Origin: the human T2T-CHM13v2.0 reference genome, Homo sapiens
Direction: 5' to 3' (one strand)
Assembly (NCBI RefSeq): GCF_009914755.1
Contig: NC_060925.1
DNA: 64,000 bases
Position numbers and translations under genes: made by a program
In this document: in pieces, positions 23,419 to 50,879 of the stretch
Layout: each line of letters starts with the position of its first letter
Numbering within the stretch: the stretch's first letter is position 1
Notes under the pieces: model-generated
Told to the model about the DNA's origin: nothing
Database searches by the model: none
Seen by the model: the letters and a program-made list of their open reading frames with translations, nothing else

Positions 23419-24071
23419 CATAGCTCACTACTCCTAGGCTCAAATGGATCCTCCCGCCTCAGTCTCCCAAGTGCTCAGATTATAGGTGTAAGCCACCATG
23501 CCCTGCCTCAATGTGATTTCTAACAACTGATCTGGTCCATTCTCATTAAACAGAAGAAATCAAAGCACAGAGGTTAAATAACTTGTCCTAGAGAATATAA
23601 TTAGGAAATTGTGGAGCTGTGTGAATTGTACAAGAGAAAGAGTGGAAGAAAAGGCTGGAAAAACAGACTGAACCTTAACTGTCAGTCTAAATAATTTTTG
23701 ACTCGATTTTGAAACCAATGTGAGCCACAAAAAGTTTTAAGAAATAAACTATACAACCAGAGCTGAGTATCAGGAAGAGTGAAAAAGGGCAAAGAGACAG
23801 GGAAAATAATTCACTCCAGGTGAAAGTGAAGAAGGCTGAATTACAGCCCACATATACGGGAAGGAATAGATGCAAAAGCCTTTGAATATTTAGAATCACA
23901 GCTTAGCTTCTCATTAGAAGCAAGGAATACATGATAACCAAAAATGGCTGGAATTTTTCAGGATGGATAACTGGAAAGATGGCTGTCTTAATAACTGAGA
24001 CTGGGAAAATATCCTGCCATATTCTCACAGCATTAGCTAATGCTAGTCTATTTCCTACATAGTATAATTTA

Positions 24072-24545
<474 letters not shown>

Positions 24546-26253
24546 TGGGGTCGTGGGGAGGTATGAGAACAAATCTGAGTGTATAGTTCCTCAAAAAGGC
24601 CACTGGGGAGTGGAAGTGAGTGGGGCATAGAACTGGGTTACAGATCTTGAGCATAAGACTTCCTGGCGTAAACAACCTTATTCACAAGAGACCTAAACAA
24701 TCAGTCCCTGCATTCAACAAAGTACTTTATTGTTCCTTTTTTTAACTGATAACTTTGAGCAACTGATGATAAAATAACCAATCTTCACTGGGCCCATGTA
24801 TAAACAGAATACACACACATGAACAAAATTTACACAAGTACTACCTCTATGACTTACCAGGCCCACACTTTTCCTCCCAAATAGAAATCTTAGGAGGAAG
24901 GGAGATAAAGGGAAAAAGGGAAACTAGGAGGTTGGGGTCAAGAAAAAGAGAACTACAAAGGTTCAGCTCACTCACTCCTGCTGGGCACACAATAGCTCTG
25001 GCAGAAGAGAACCAAGGTATGCCCAGAGGATTAAATGCCTACCACCTGGCAGATCATGCAGATAGGCTTCTTTCCCAAGTAGCCTTTCCAAAGCACTAAC
25101 AGAAGAATTTTCAACTCATTCTTTTTCTTTTTCTTTCTTTCTTTCTTTCCTTCATTTCTCTCTCTCTCTCTTTCTTTTAAGCAAGAGACCTTTTCTTCAA
25201 AACTCTTATACAGAAGTTCAATATAAAAAAGATAAAAAGTGCAACTGTTCTGACTAGATGAAGCCAAGAGAACAGAAGTCTCATCTACTCAGCCACCTCC
25301 CATACCCGGGGCCAGCACCTGAGAAGGCACATCTGTGTAATCCTAGGGTTCCAAGAGATGGATTCTTCCCAATGTAGATCTAATCTCAATTTGGGGAAAA
25401 ATTCTGGTTCATACTTCTGCACCTATAAAAGAAAGCTTATAATGTTTACAGCTTGAAAATAGACTAAGAGCCATACTAACAAATAGTAACCAAAAAATTT
25501 AAATCCTAAGTATTAACAGCAAATTGCTAAGACAACCAGAAAGCATTTAGAAAATACAAATTCTAAGAACCTTGAGAATAAAACATAGTCATGCTTAGTT
25601 TGGCATTTAAGGAGTCACAGGGAAGTATAATAAATGTTTCCATTACATTAATACTCGTCTGGGTAACAAAAGCCAAAAGGACTTTGTTTGCTCTAGGCCA
25701 CTGGTTAGAATAATTTCCTTTTGTTGTCTTCAAAATATATAGTGAAAGTGAAGACATAAAAACATAAATGATATAAATAATTAGAAGCTTCTTTTAAAAA
25801 GTAATCCATTTCAGGCTTTTAAACCACAGTATCTTTGAGACAGATGGCTTATGCAGAACAAAAATGGTCACCATCAGAGGGCAAACCCACGTGGCTAACA
25901 ATAATTACATTCTCATGTATTATACTTGCAGTGTGACAGTTCCTGTGCCAGAGGCTTTATATATATCATCTCATTTGTGGGCTTATTGGGAAGATTTAGA
26001 TAGACTGAATGCTACCTTTCATACATTAGAAAACTTGGCTGAGAGCAAAGAACATTACTTTTTTAAGTTAAGGGGGATGAGGGTGGAGGTGGGGATCATT
26101 CCTAAGCAATAGGATCAAAAGGAGATAAGCTAAGAAAGTACATCAAGGAGATATGGAATAGGAATGGTAATGTTGGTCTCATCACAACCCTACATGTTTC
26201 TAGGCTGGAATACATATACCCGTAGCAAAGCAAAGGCAAAGATGTAGGTAGCC

Positions 26254-26439
26254 CAGCATTATCAAATACAGTAGGCACTAGCTTCATGTGGCAATTTAAA
26301 TTTAAACCAATCCAAATAAAATTTTAATTTCTTGTTTGCATTAGCAATATTTCTGTGCTTATTAGCCACATGTGGCTACTGGACAGCAGAAATATAGAAC
26401 ATTTCCATCACTGCAGAAGGTTCTATTGGACAGCAATGC
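26254..26439. mobile_element. MER3 hAT-Charlie fossil
   Basis: tagccacatgtggctactggacagc...atagaacatttccatcactgcagaaggttctattggacagc. Confidence 0.75.
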
Positions 26440-26524
26440 TTTAGTAGAAAACCGTTGAATCTATTAAAAGCAACAGTAGGCACTCAACAAGTGTTTAGTG
26501 AGTAAATGAATAAAAAAAAGATAG

Positions 26525-27122
26525 GTGCTTTGTGGACACTGCTGCCACCGCCAGGAGCCCCGTACTATCAGCCATGGTCAACCCCACCATGTTCTTCAAC
26601 ATCACAGTCAAACAGCGAGCCCTTGGGCCATGTCTCCTTCGAGCTGTTTGCAGACAAGTTTCCAAAGACAACAGAAAACTTTTGTGCTCTGACCACTGGA
26701 GAGAAAGGATTTGGTTATAAGGGTTCCTGCTTTCACAGAATTATTCCAGGGTTTATGTGTCCGGTTGGATGGCAAGCATGTGGTCTTTGGCAAGGTGAAA
26801 GAAGGCATGAATATTGTGGAGGCCATGGGGCACTTTGGGTCTGGGAATGGCAAGACCAGCAAGGAGATCACCATTGCTGACTGTGGACAACTCTAATAAA
26901 TTTGACTTGTGTTTTATTTTAACCACCAGACCATTCCTTCTGTGGCTCAGGAGAGCACTCCTCCACCCCATTTGCTCGCAATATCCCATAATCTTTGTGC
27001 TTTCGCTGCAGTTCCCTTTGGGTTCCATGTTTTCCTTGTTCCCTTCCATGCATAGCTGGATTGCAGAGTTAAGTTTATGATTACGAAATAAAAACTAAAT
27101 AACAACAACAACAACAACAACA
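26525..27122 (+). pseudogene. PPIAP35: Processed pseudogene of cyclophilin A (PPIA), lacking exon 4, antisense to TESK2
   Basis: 5'UTR ...cgtactatcagccATG(26574)gtcaacccc; intronless MVNPTMFF...[18 protein letters not shown]...RIIPGFMC joined to [14 protein letters not shown]...DCGQL* (TAA 26894-26896). 1-nt insertion near 26610. PPIA-like 3'UTR, AATAAA 27087-27092, tail decayed to (AAC)n. Parent PPIA is certain; the symbol PPIAP35 is from memory of the locus and is less certain. Confidence 0.93.
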
Positions 27123-27174
27123 AAGGCTATAATAGGCCACTGAAAGAAGCAGCCAGAGGAAAAGAAACTAATAA

Positions 27175-27389
27175 TAATAGCTAACATTTACTGAGCACTT
27201 ACCACATACCAGGTACTATTCTAAGTGATTTACGTGTACTAATTTAATTAATCTTCAATAACAACTCCGTAAAATATTTACTGTCATTACCCTCATTTTA
27301 TAGATGGGAAAACTAAGGCTTAGAGAGGTTAACTAAACTTTCCTAAGATCCAGGATTTGAATCCAGGCAGTTTGATCTAGAATCTAGAG
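27175..27389 (-). mobile_element. MIR
   Basis: aatagctaacatttactgagcacttac...cattttatagatgggaaaactaaggcttagagagg. Confidence 0.75.
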
Positions 27390-27614
27390 CAAGCTTGTCC
27401 AACCCACAGCCCATGGGCCACATGTAGCCCAGAATGGCTTTCAATGTGGCACAACACAAATTCATAAACTTTCTTAAAACACTATGAGATTTTTTTTTTG
27501 CAATTGTTTGTTTTAGCTCATCAGCTATTGTTAGTGTTAGTGTATTTTATATGTGACCCCAGATAATTCTTCTTCCAATATGGCCCAGGGAAGCCAAAAG
27601 ATTGGACACCTCTA
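27390..27614 (+). mobile_element. MER30 hAT-Charlie element
   Basis: caagcttgtccaaccc...ggcccagggaagccaaaagattggacacc; perfect 8-bp TSD atctagag. Confidence 0.85.
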
Positions 27615-27621
27615 ATCTAGA

Positions 27622-27624
<3 letters not shown>

Positions 27625-27656
<32 letters not shown>

Positions 27657-27990
27657 AGACAAGCTCTGGCTGTATCACCCAGGCTGGAGTGAAGTGGTAT
27701 GATCTCAGCTCACTACAAGTTCTGCCTCCTAGGCTCAAGCCATCCTCCCACCTCAGCCTCTAAAGTCGCTAGGGCTACAGGCGCACACCACCATGCCCAG
27801 TTAATTTTTGTATTTTTTGTAGAGAAAACAAGGTTTTCTCTACAAAAACCATGTTTTCTCTACAAAAAATACAAAAGAAAACATGGTTTCACCATCTTGC
27901 CCAGGCTGGTCTTGAACTTGTGAGCTCAAGGAATCTGTCTGCCTCGGCTTCCCAAAGTGCTGGGATTACAGGTGTGGGCACACCCAACCT
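27625..27990 (-). mobile_element. AluJb with internal fold-back duplication
   Basis: Alu motifs plus an inverted repeat at 27806-27876. Confidence 0.85.
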
Positions 27991-28029
27991 AAAGCCTTCA
28001 TTTTTAATCATACTATAGTACTACTTTTT

Positions 28030-29480
<1,451 letters not shown>

Positions 29481-30389
29481 ATACTATACCATTTTATTAT
29501 ATAACAAGTATATCTAAAGATTTTGGTGTAATGGAATAAAATTTATTTAAAGTCAACTTTCCATGCATTTGCTAGTTCAGTTCACAGTGAAGAGAGTAAG
29601 AAAAGGAATGATAAAATAAAAAGATTAGCAGGAAAGATGCCAAAATGCTAATACTAGTTTTAGCCCTACATGCTGAGATTAAGGGCAAGTTTTATTTTCT
29701 TTTTCTTACTAATTCTATTTTCTAAATGTTTGCATTGCAATTATGTATCACTTCTGTAATAATAAAAAAATTAAAATATTACTTCTTAAGCTAGATATTA
29801 CTTAAAATATGATCATCTTAAAAATTCCTAAGCAGAATATCAAAGCCTCATCTACCTCACTCTCAAACATGGTGGAAGCCCCCTAACTGATCTCTTTGCT
29901 ACCAGTCTCTCTAACACTAAACCATTCTGCATCTTGTCATCAATTACCTTATCATTCTAGTTTCTGCTCAGAATCCAATCACAGATCATAAACTACAATC
30001 CTTTGGATTTATGCAAAGCATTTCTGGATAATTTGACCCAATTCTACTTTTCCACCTTTATCTACCAATACTATCCTATCAAATCCTCAGTTCTTCTAAG
30101 AGAAGCCTGGTAGAAAGAACATAGGCCTTAGAGGAGACTTTGGCCCATACATAATCTCTTGGCCTCAATGGAGAGTGAGTGTGAAGATGAAATCTTTAAA
30201 TAAGTAACACACCCAGTATACAACATGCCTTCAATAAATGGTCATTATTATTATTGTCATTATTAGCCAAATAGGATTTTATTCACTGACTCCTCAAAAA
30301 GCTTTGCATTTTTATATCTGTGCTTTCTATATCACTATTTGCTCTGAGTTCCTCCCCTATCTTCTAAAATCCTTTTAAAAATCAAGGTT

Positions 30390-30492
30390 CATTATTATGC
30401 ACGACATGCCTGCATCAAAATATTTTATGTAACCCATAAGCAGATATACTTACTATGTAATCACAAAAATTAAAAGTAATTTAAAAAAAAAT
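30390..30492 (+). mobile_element. L1MA 3' terminal fragment
   Basis: gcctgcatcaaaatattttatgtaacccataa...tactatgtaatcacaaaaattaaaa. Confidence 0.65.
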
Positions 30493-30536
30493 TCAAAGTC
30501 CGGTTCAAGTCCCCTCCTAGAAGGCTTCCCTGACCC

Positions 30537-32817
<2,281 letters not shown>

Positions 32818-33278
32818 AACAATTCTCAAAGGCAAAATGTGTCTCCTCAAGTGAGTGCTAAAAGTTAAGGATAGATAACTTGAGGGTGTAATTTTACATT
32901 TATTGCCACTCATTGATTTAATTACAATTTCCCAAAAAGTAATCAGGAAAAGTAAATAACCACATAAAGACCAATCTCTCCTCTTTGATAAATTACCAGT
33001 CAGCAATAGAAAACAATTGTTCTAATGAGCTGCTACTAATGTTCTAATGAGAGTAAAGCAACTTAAGAGATAAAGGAAGTTGCTTTATTAAATGCAGTTA
33101 ATTACCAATAAATTAAGTCTCAATGGGTAGAAAACGACCTAGAGTACCACTAAACCCCAGCAAGATAGATTCAGCATGATAAATCCTGAATCCCTCCTTT
33201 TTTTCCTATTAGTGCTATTCTAGCAAGCCTCCAATGTTTCAGTTTTCTCATTGATCAGAAGGAAGGAAAAGCCATTAC

Positions 33279-33400
33279 CTAAGGATGTTGGGATGGGAGA
33301 GTCTATTCATGAGCTGTACTTCTTTCAGCATGTTTGCCCGGTTACTGCTCAATGTGTTCATCTTAAGAGCCATCACCTGACCAGAAGCTCGGTGTCGTAC
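33279..33400 (-). CDS. TESK2: Internal coding exon (probably exon 3) of testis-associated actin remodelling kinase 2; kinase subdomains II-IV
   Basis: Minus strand reads ...tcttttcttgttctatttaatattctag|GTACGACAC...CATCCTTAG|gtaatg. 122 nt, starts phase 0, ends phase 2. Translates to [40 protein letters not shown](R), with the ATP-binding Lys (MALK), the alphaC Glu and HPNIL. Matches TESK2 as I recall it (TESK1 differs: VRHRQSGQVMVLKMNKLP). Confidence 0.95.
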
Positions 33401-33440
33401 CTAGAATATTAAATAGAACAAGAAAAGAGGGTCAAGGGCA
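33401..33440 (-). promoter_or_regulatory. TESK2: Splice acceptor, polypyrimidine tract and candidate branch point of the TESK2 exon
   Basis: AG at 33402-33401, pyrimidine tract upstream on the minus strand, CTTGAC about 30 nt upstream (33436-33431). Confidence 0.75.
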
Positions 33441-33641
33441 ATAGTTATATGTGAGGTCAACATCTCCAAATGTACAATATGCCAAGATATTTTTGTGCCA
33501 CTTTAGATAAAATATACATCTAATTACATTAAAGTATCACTTCCATGAATGAAGATGAATTATTCTACCCAAGAACAGTATTATTTCACATTGAGTTGGC
33601 CAGAAAAACACTGTTACTAACATCTCAAGAAAACATGTCTG

Positions 33642-33974
33642 ATATACACCATGGAATACTATGCAGTCATAAAAAGGAATGAGGTCATGTCCTTTGCAGG
33701 GACATAAATGAAGCTGGAAGCCATCATCCTCAGCAAATTAACACAGGAACAGAAAACCAACACTGCATGTTTTGAACATTGAGAACACATGGACACAGAG
33801 AGGGAAACAACACGCACCAGGGCCTGTTAGCGGGTGGGGGGTGAAGGAAGGGAACTTAGAACTTAGTCAACAGGTGCAGCAAACCACCATGGCACAAACC
33901 TGCATGTTCTGCACATGTATCCCATGTTTTCTTTTTTTTAGAAGAAATAAAGAAAAAAATGAAGAAATAAATAA
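33642..33974 (+). mobile_element. L1PA13/14-like 3' end
   Basis: tacaccatggaatactatgcag...aggtgcagcaaaccaccatggcac...gcacatgtatccc; TSD aagaaa(a/t)catgtctg at 33627-33641 and 33975-33989. Confidence 0.82.
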
Positions 33975-35203
<1,229 letters not shown>

Positions 35204-36278
35204 TTAGAGCTAATATTGTAGTAACTCTACCCAAAGCACCTTATAATCATTTAAACACACTCAAGTTAAATACAACAAACATGGGCCACACCACTCACAC
35301 TATTACCCATATGCACAGAGGAAAGTCTACTTCTAAAAGTATTCGCCCTCTATAGAACTCAATCTATTGTGCATGTGTAAATATTATTTATCATTTCAAT
35401 GCACACTCCACAGGTTTCATAAACCATAACACTTTACTTGAGAAAGATTGTTTTCACCCTGTAAATGTGGTCTCATTGGTAGCAAAATAAGACCACCAGA
35501 CAAAACATTTTGTGTGATTCAAAGAAGCTAAACTGAGATATGTGTGTTTCCTGCTTAGGAATTATGAATGAGGCAGTAGAAAAATCATGAAGTCACAAAG
35601 ATCTTTCTCGTTAAAAAAATTTCATTTCATATCTTGCACAACAGGGACTTTACTATGCAAAAATGTCATCATCCTACGGACTTCAGGAGTATCATTTCAG
35701 TATGCTATACTCAACCAAATGGGAATTCCAAAAGAAAACATGACAACTTACTTAAACTCTTCAATATCCAAAAACTCCTTGAAATGACAATAGCTCCACA
35801 AGTTTATCATAGCTATTAATACAGGTCAGACATCACAGCTTATCTTAGAATTCAAACAGTGTTTCAGAGAGGCCAGGCAGAAGAGGGAAGGCTGTTGAGG
35901 GGGAGGCCGGGCCAAAACACAAAGAGCCACAGGAACCCTGATCGGAAAAACTAAGGCAGGCAGAACACTGGCTGCCTCTCCTCTCCTAGATCACTGAGTG
36001 AGATTTGGAACCCAGCTCTCTTCTCAGTGCATCAAGGATTCTGTTGTAATGTACCTCTTGACTGATGAAAGAGAAGTAGCTTTCCATTTCAGATCCTGCA
36101 TGGATAAGTTAAAAGAAACATTTATAAACAAAGAGCTCACTGGTAGTATTTTTCCAACTCTATTTACAGAAGACATCTGTGTTTTAATAAGGACTCTCCA
36201 GCTGAAAGTCACTCTTCTTATTTTTCCATCATCTGAAAACTGTCACACTAAGATTTTAACAAAATGGCAAAACCCATG

Positions 36279-39627
<3,349 letters not shown>

Positions 39628-39659
39628 GATGCCCCAACCATCATACACAGTTATAAAAC

Positions 39660-39890
39660 AGCAATAACATAGCTAACATTTACAGCATTTGCTACATACT
39701 AGGTACTGCTGTATAACTTCTTTATACATATTAACTTATTTAATCTTGAAGATAATCCTGTGAGACAAGTATCACTAATAACCTCATTTTACAGCCATGG
39801 AAACTGAGGCACAGAGAAATTAAATCTTTCTCAAGATCGTACATCTATTAAATGGCAGAGACACAATTTGAATACAAACTATGCAAAGAA
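39660..39890 (-). mobile_element. MIR
   Basis: agctaacatttac...cattttacagccatggaaactgaggcacagaga. Confidence 0.7.
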
Positions 39891-40066
39891 TATTGAGCCT
39901 GATACAGTCAGACCAACTGATTCAAGAAAAAAAGCACTGTGTGAACATTGCATAAATATTCTACCAAGGGATAATAATCATGATCTTGTATGTATCTCAC
40001 AACATGGTCTTGTAATATAGAAAACAAAAACTGACAATGTAAGGCAAATGTGACAAATCTATGATC

Positions 40067-41079
<1,013 letters not shown>

Positions 41080-41131
41080 TCAAAGACAGGCATTTTTTTT
41101 AAAGTATATATGACAAAATTTATCAAAATGC

Positions 41132-41659
41132 TACTAAACAAAAATTACAGGAGGCATAACAGTTTTGGATTGAGTTCCTGCACTAGGCTTTAACAGACGA
41201 GACTAAAAATGAAAACGGAGTTACCCGTGCTAAAGTTCTACTAAGTTGTTCCACTAAGTTGTTATCTGACTTTCCAAGAAATCAGGAAAGAGAGATAACA
41301 GCCAATCACCCAAACTGACCAGCTTCAATCTTCAATTGGCATAACTAAAGTCCCTCCGCTTTAACTCTTACACAAAAGAAGTAGCCTGAAGTTAGTTGAT
41401 ACTAACAAATCAGTTACTTTTCTGTTGTTTGATATCCCTGCCTTTGCATTATAAGAACTTTGAAAGGGCTAATAATACACTCTCAGGTCTTTGCTTCTGC
41501 TTTTTTAAGCCCTTCTCTGACTATAAAGCCAAATTCTTCCACTCAGCTCATTGGTACACTTATTCTATTTTAGGAAATGAAGAGTTGCTGGACTCTAGAA
41601 TAGCAATAAAGACTATTGAAGTCTTTAAACTATATTTATTCTAATTTTGTCCTTTAACA
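41132..41659 (+). mobile_element. ERV1 (MER4-group; MER49/MER72-like) 5' LTR
   Basis: aaaattacaggaggc...ttttggattgagttcctgcactagg...; AATAAA near the 3' end; terminates tttaaCA and is followed directly by a PBS. Confidence 0.7.
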
Positions 41660-42480
41660 GATGTGGCTACCACAAAGGGACCTGAAGGAGACTGCTGAAG
41701 ACCCTGAGACCCTAAGCTCTGCTAACCCCTTTTTGGATGAGAATCTGTCTTCTCATGGAGCCTAAAGAGTTGTGAAGATGGGTATGGTGGCTCACAGCTG
41801 TAATCCCAACACTTCGGAAGGCTGAGGCAGGTAGGCTGCTTGAGCCCAGGAGTTCGAGATAGCCTGGGCAACATGGTAAAACACATCTCTACAAAAAAAA
41901 ATACAAAAATTAGCTGGTTGTGGTGGTGTGCACCTGTGGTCCCGGCTACTCAGGAGGCTGAGGTGGGAGGATCGCTTGAGCCCAGGAGATCAAGGCTACA
42001 GTGAGCCATGATCAAGACATTGCACTCCAGCCTGGGCAACACAGTGAGACCCTATCTAAAACAAACAAACAAACAGAAAAAATAGAGTCGTGAGTAAACC
42101 TCTCTCAGGTCTGAGCTCTGCTCTTTTGCCTTTGATCTCTCTGATCTCTTTGCCTTTTGGGATACCAAGGGTTAGTTTGTGTTGTGAGAGAGCACTTGAT
42201 GATGAGACAGCTAGGGTTAGTTTGTACTGTAGCATGGCACATGACTTTTGGGTTTGTGGTGGCTGACAAGTCACTGGCAAGGGTTGCATCTTTTTGCTTC
42301 CTCTTTGGCGACATTTCATGTGTGGTTCTATAAAAGTCTTGAGCCAAGCCCCCAAGAATATGGCTGGACAGAAATGTGGGTTACACCTCACTTGCTACTA
42401 ATATATGGACGGACAGAAATAGAGGTTGCGTTATATTTGTAGTTAGCGTAAAGAGCTACAGTTTTATAAGGCAGAATCAC
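41660..42480 (+). mobile_element. ERV1 internal 5' leader with tRNA-Arg PBS (41664-41681), interrupted by AluJ 41780-42082
   Basis: tggctaccacaaagggac is a 16/18 match to the complement of the tRNA-Arg(TCG) 3' end as I recall it; leader-like sequence with gtgagt follows. Confidence 0.65.
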
Positions 42481-42704
42481 CCAAAAAATTCTGGAGATAA
42501 TCCTCCAGTGACTTACACTTCCTGGACAAAAATTGAGCTTATGGCCTAGAACCCATCTACTGAAAAGTAAGCAGATTAAACAATACGAATTATTTACTCA
42601 ACACCAATTTTCTTCTTTTTTGTGACTGAAAGAAACCCAACCTGGCAATCTTCCTTGCAACTAGGAGAGTCTATATTACATAGTGCTAGTAAGAAGATGC
42701 AAGA

Positions 42705-43000
<296 letters not shown>

Positions 43001-43124
43001 GATGCAAGTGGAAATTGCTGCATGGAATTTCTGGGGATGCTATTGCTTTCTTGATGAAATTGTACTTTTTACTTCCCCCTTATTATAGCCTGGAACAAAG
43101 ACATGATGCGCACATAAAGAGTAG

Positions 43125-43232
43125 TTATTAGGGATGCTCAACCAGTAAGTATAATGCAAATATTCAAAAAAATTTTCCAAAATCCAAAACACCTCTGGTT
43201 CCCAGCTTGTGGATAAGGGATACTCAACCTTT
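43125..43232. mobile_element. Tigger4 (MER46/Zombi) fragment
   Basis: attagggatgctcaaccagtaagtataatgcaaatattc...ggataagggatactcaacct. Confidence 0.75.
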
Positions 43233-43530
43233 TACTGGCCACCAGTAAAAACCTTGCTTGAAGGGGTCAGAGAAGGATTCCCAGAGGAAGTCATCCTTCA
43301 GTTTTCTTCAAGAATAAGAAAGAGCTTGTCAAATAGAACAAGCAAGGAAAGGGCATACTGAGCAGGTGTAAAAGCATGTGCAGAGTCTCAGAGGAATAAG
43401 AGCATGGGATATTCTAAGGAATGGTGAGAAACTGGGTTTGGCTCAAGGCCTGGTGGGTACATGTTAAGGAATTGCAAGCTTGTGATGAGCCTAGCATGGA
43501 AAGCAAGAACCAGAAAATAAAAAATTTTTA

Positions 43531-43902
43531 GGGCAAGGCACAGTAGCTCATGCCTGTAATCCCAGCACTCTGGGAGGCTGAGACAGGAGGATCACTTAAA
43601 CCCAAGAGTTCAAGGCCAGCCTGGGAAACATGGTGAAACCCCATCTCTACAAAAAATACAAAAAACGTTACCCAGGCATGGTGGTGCATGTCTGTGGTCC
43701 CAGATACTTGGGAGGCTGAGATGGGAGGATCACTTGAGCCTGGGCAACAAAGCAATACCCTGTCTCTACAGAAATAAAAATAGTCAGGCATAGTGGTCCC
43801 AGCTACTTAGGAAGTAGGTCTTGAACACCTGGCATTAAGGGATCCTCCTGCCTCGGCCTTCCAAAGTGCTAGGATTACAGGTGTGAGCCACTACACTAGG
43901 CC
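43531..43902. mobile_element. Plus-strand AluJ pieces fused to a minus-strand Alu left arm
   Basis: Orientation switches near 43817. Confidence 0.75.
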
Positions 43903-49340
<5,438 letters not shown>

Positions 49341-49652
49341 GATTTTGAAGGTTACCTTAACTCTGACTATCTGGAACAGTTAAATTCTGAAATGGCTGGT
49401 TTGATATGAGACAGACAAGCAAAGCTTCTTGGTTACAGACACACATAAGTGTTGCTCATAGATGTTGGGGTTTGGGGATGGTTCTGAATACTTCCAAGTA
49501 GTCTTTTTGGGAGCATTTAATTTTTGTTCCCCAAACAGTATTGGTATATACTGACATCTCAGTCACCCAATGACTCTGAAAACTGGTATGTCAGAAATAC
49601 CTAATAGGCTTTCTCCTAACTTTTACCTTTAAGTAGAACATCTACTATCTCA

Positions 49653-50344
<692 letters not shown>

Positions 50345-50879
50345 TGATGAAAACTTTTACAGTGAGATCTCAGAAAGGCATACAGAGAAATAAACACAAC
50401 CATGAAATAAGATACTGATAATCTGAGGAAAAACCTTAAGTATTTTAGATTCAGACTACAACAATAATCAACATTTAAAAGAGAAAAGATTCACTCTCTA
50501 GACAATTTCATAAGTTACTGTTTGGAAAGTTAAAAAATTAGTCAGTTTTTAGTACAGTTGTGACACTGAGGCCACCGTAGAAGCACCAGCATTTTGAGAT
50601 CCAGTATCTAAGTTTTCAGACAAAGCTCCCAAACAGAAAATATAAAAACCTTTACCTATTCAAGCACAAAAATAAAATATCCCAAAATAACATAACGTTC
50701 ACTTACTAAAATGTTCCTCTTACTTTCCTTAAACCACAACTGTTACAACACTGCAAGAAATTTACAGTTTGCATGACAAACTGCATATGCACTAAATAAT
50801 AAATGTATAACCATGAATGCGAATGAATCAATTTTTCAGTATCAAGCAGATGGCAGATACTAGCTCTTTTAGTTTCTAC

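Larger units (their letters stand above)
22295..23507 (-). mobile_element. Old Alu monomer (FLAM/FRAM-like) split by an LTR8A insertion
   Basis: Halves 22295-22384 and ~23418-23507 rejoin (agtggcacaa|tcatagctcact); 14-bp TSD tcaatgtgatttct at 22281-22294 and 23508-23521. Confidence 0.75.

Noticed and set aside
26574-26896. Functional PPIA/PPIAL4-type gene
   Set aside because: 1-nt frameshift, missing exon 4, no introns or evident promoter, decayed poly(A).
26510-27136. TSD for the PPIA retrocopy
   Set aside because: Only a loose aaag...atagg similarity on both sides; not convincing enough to call.
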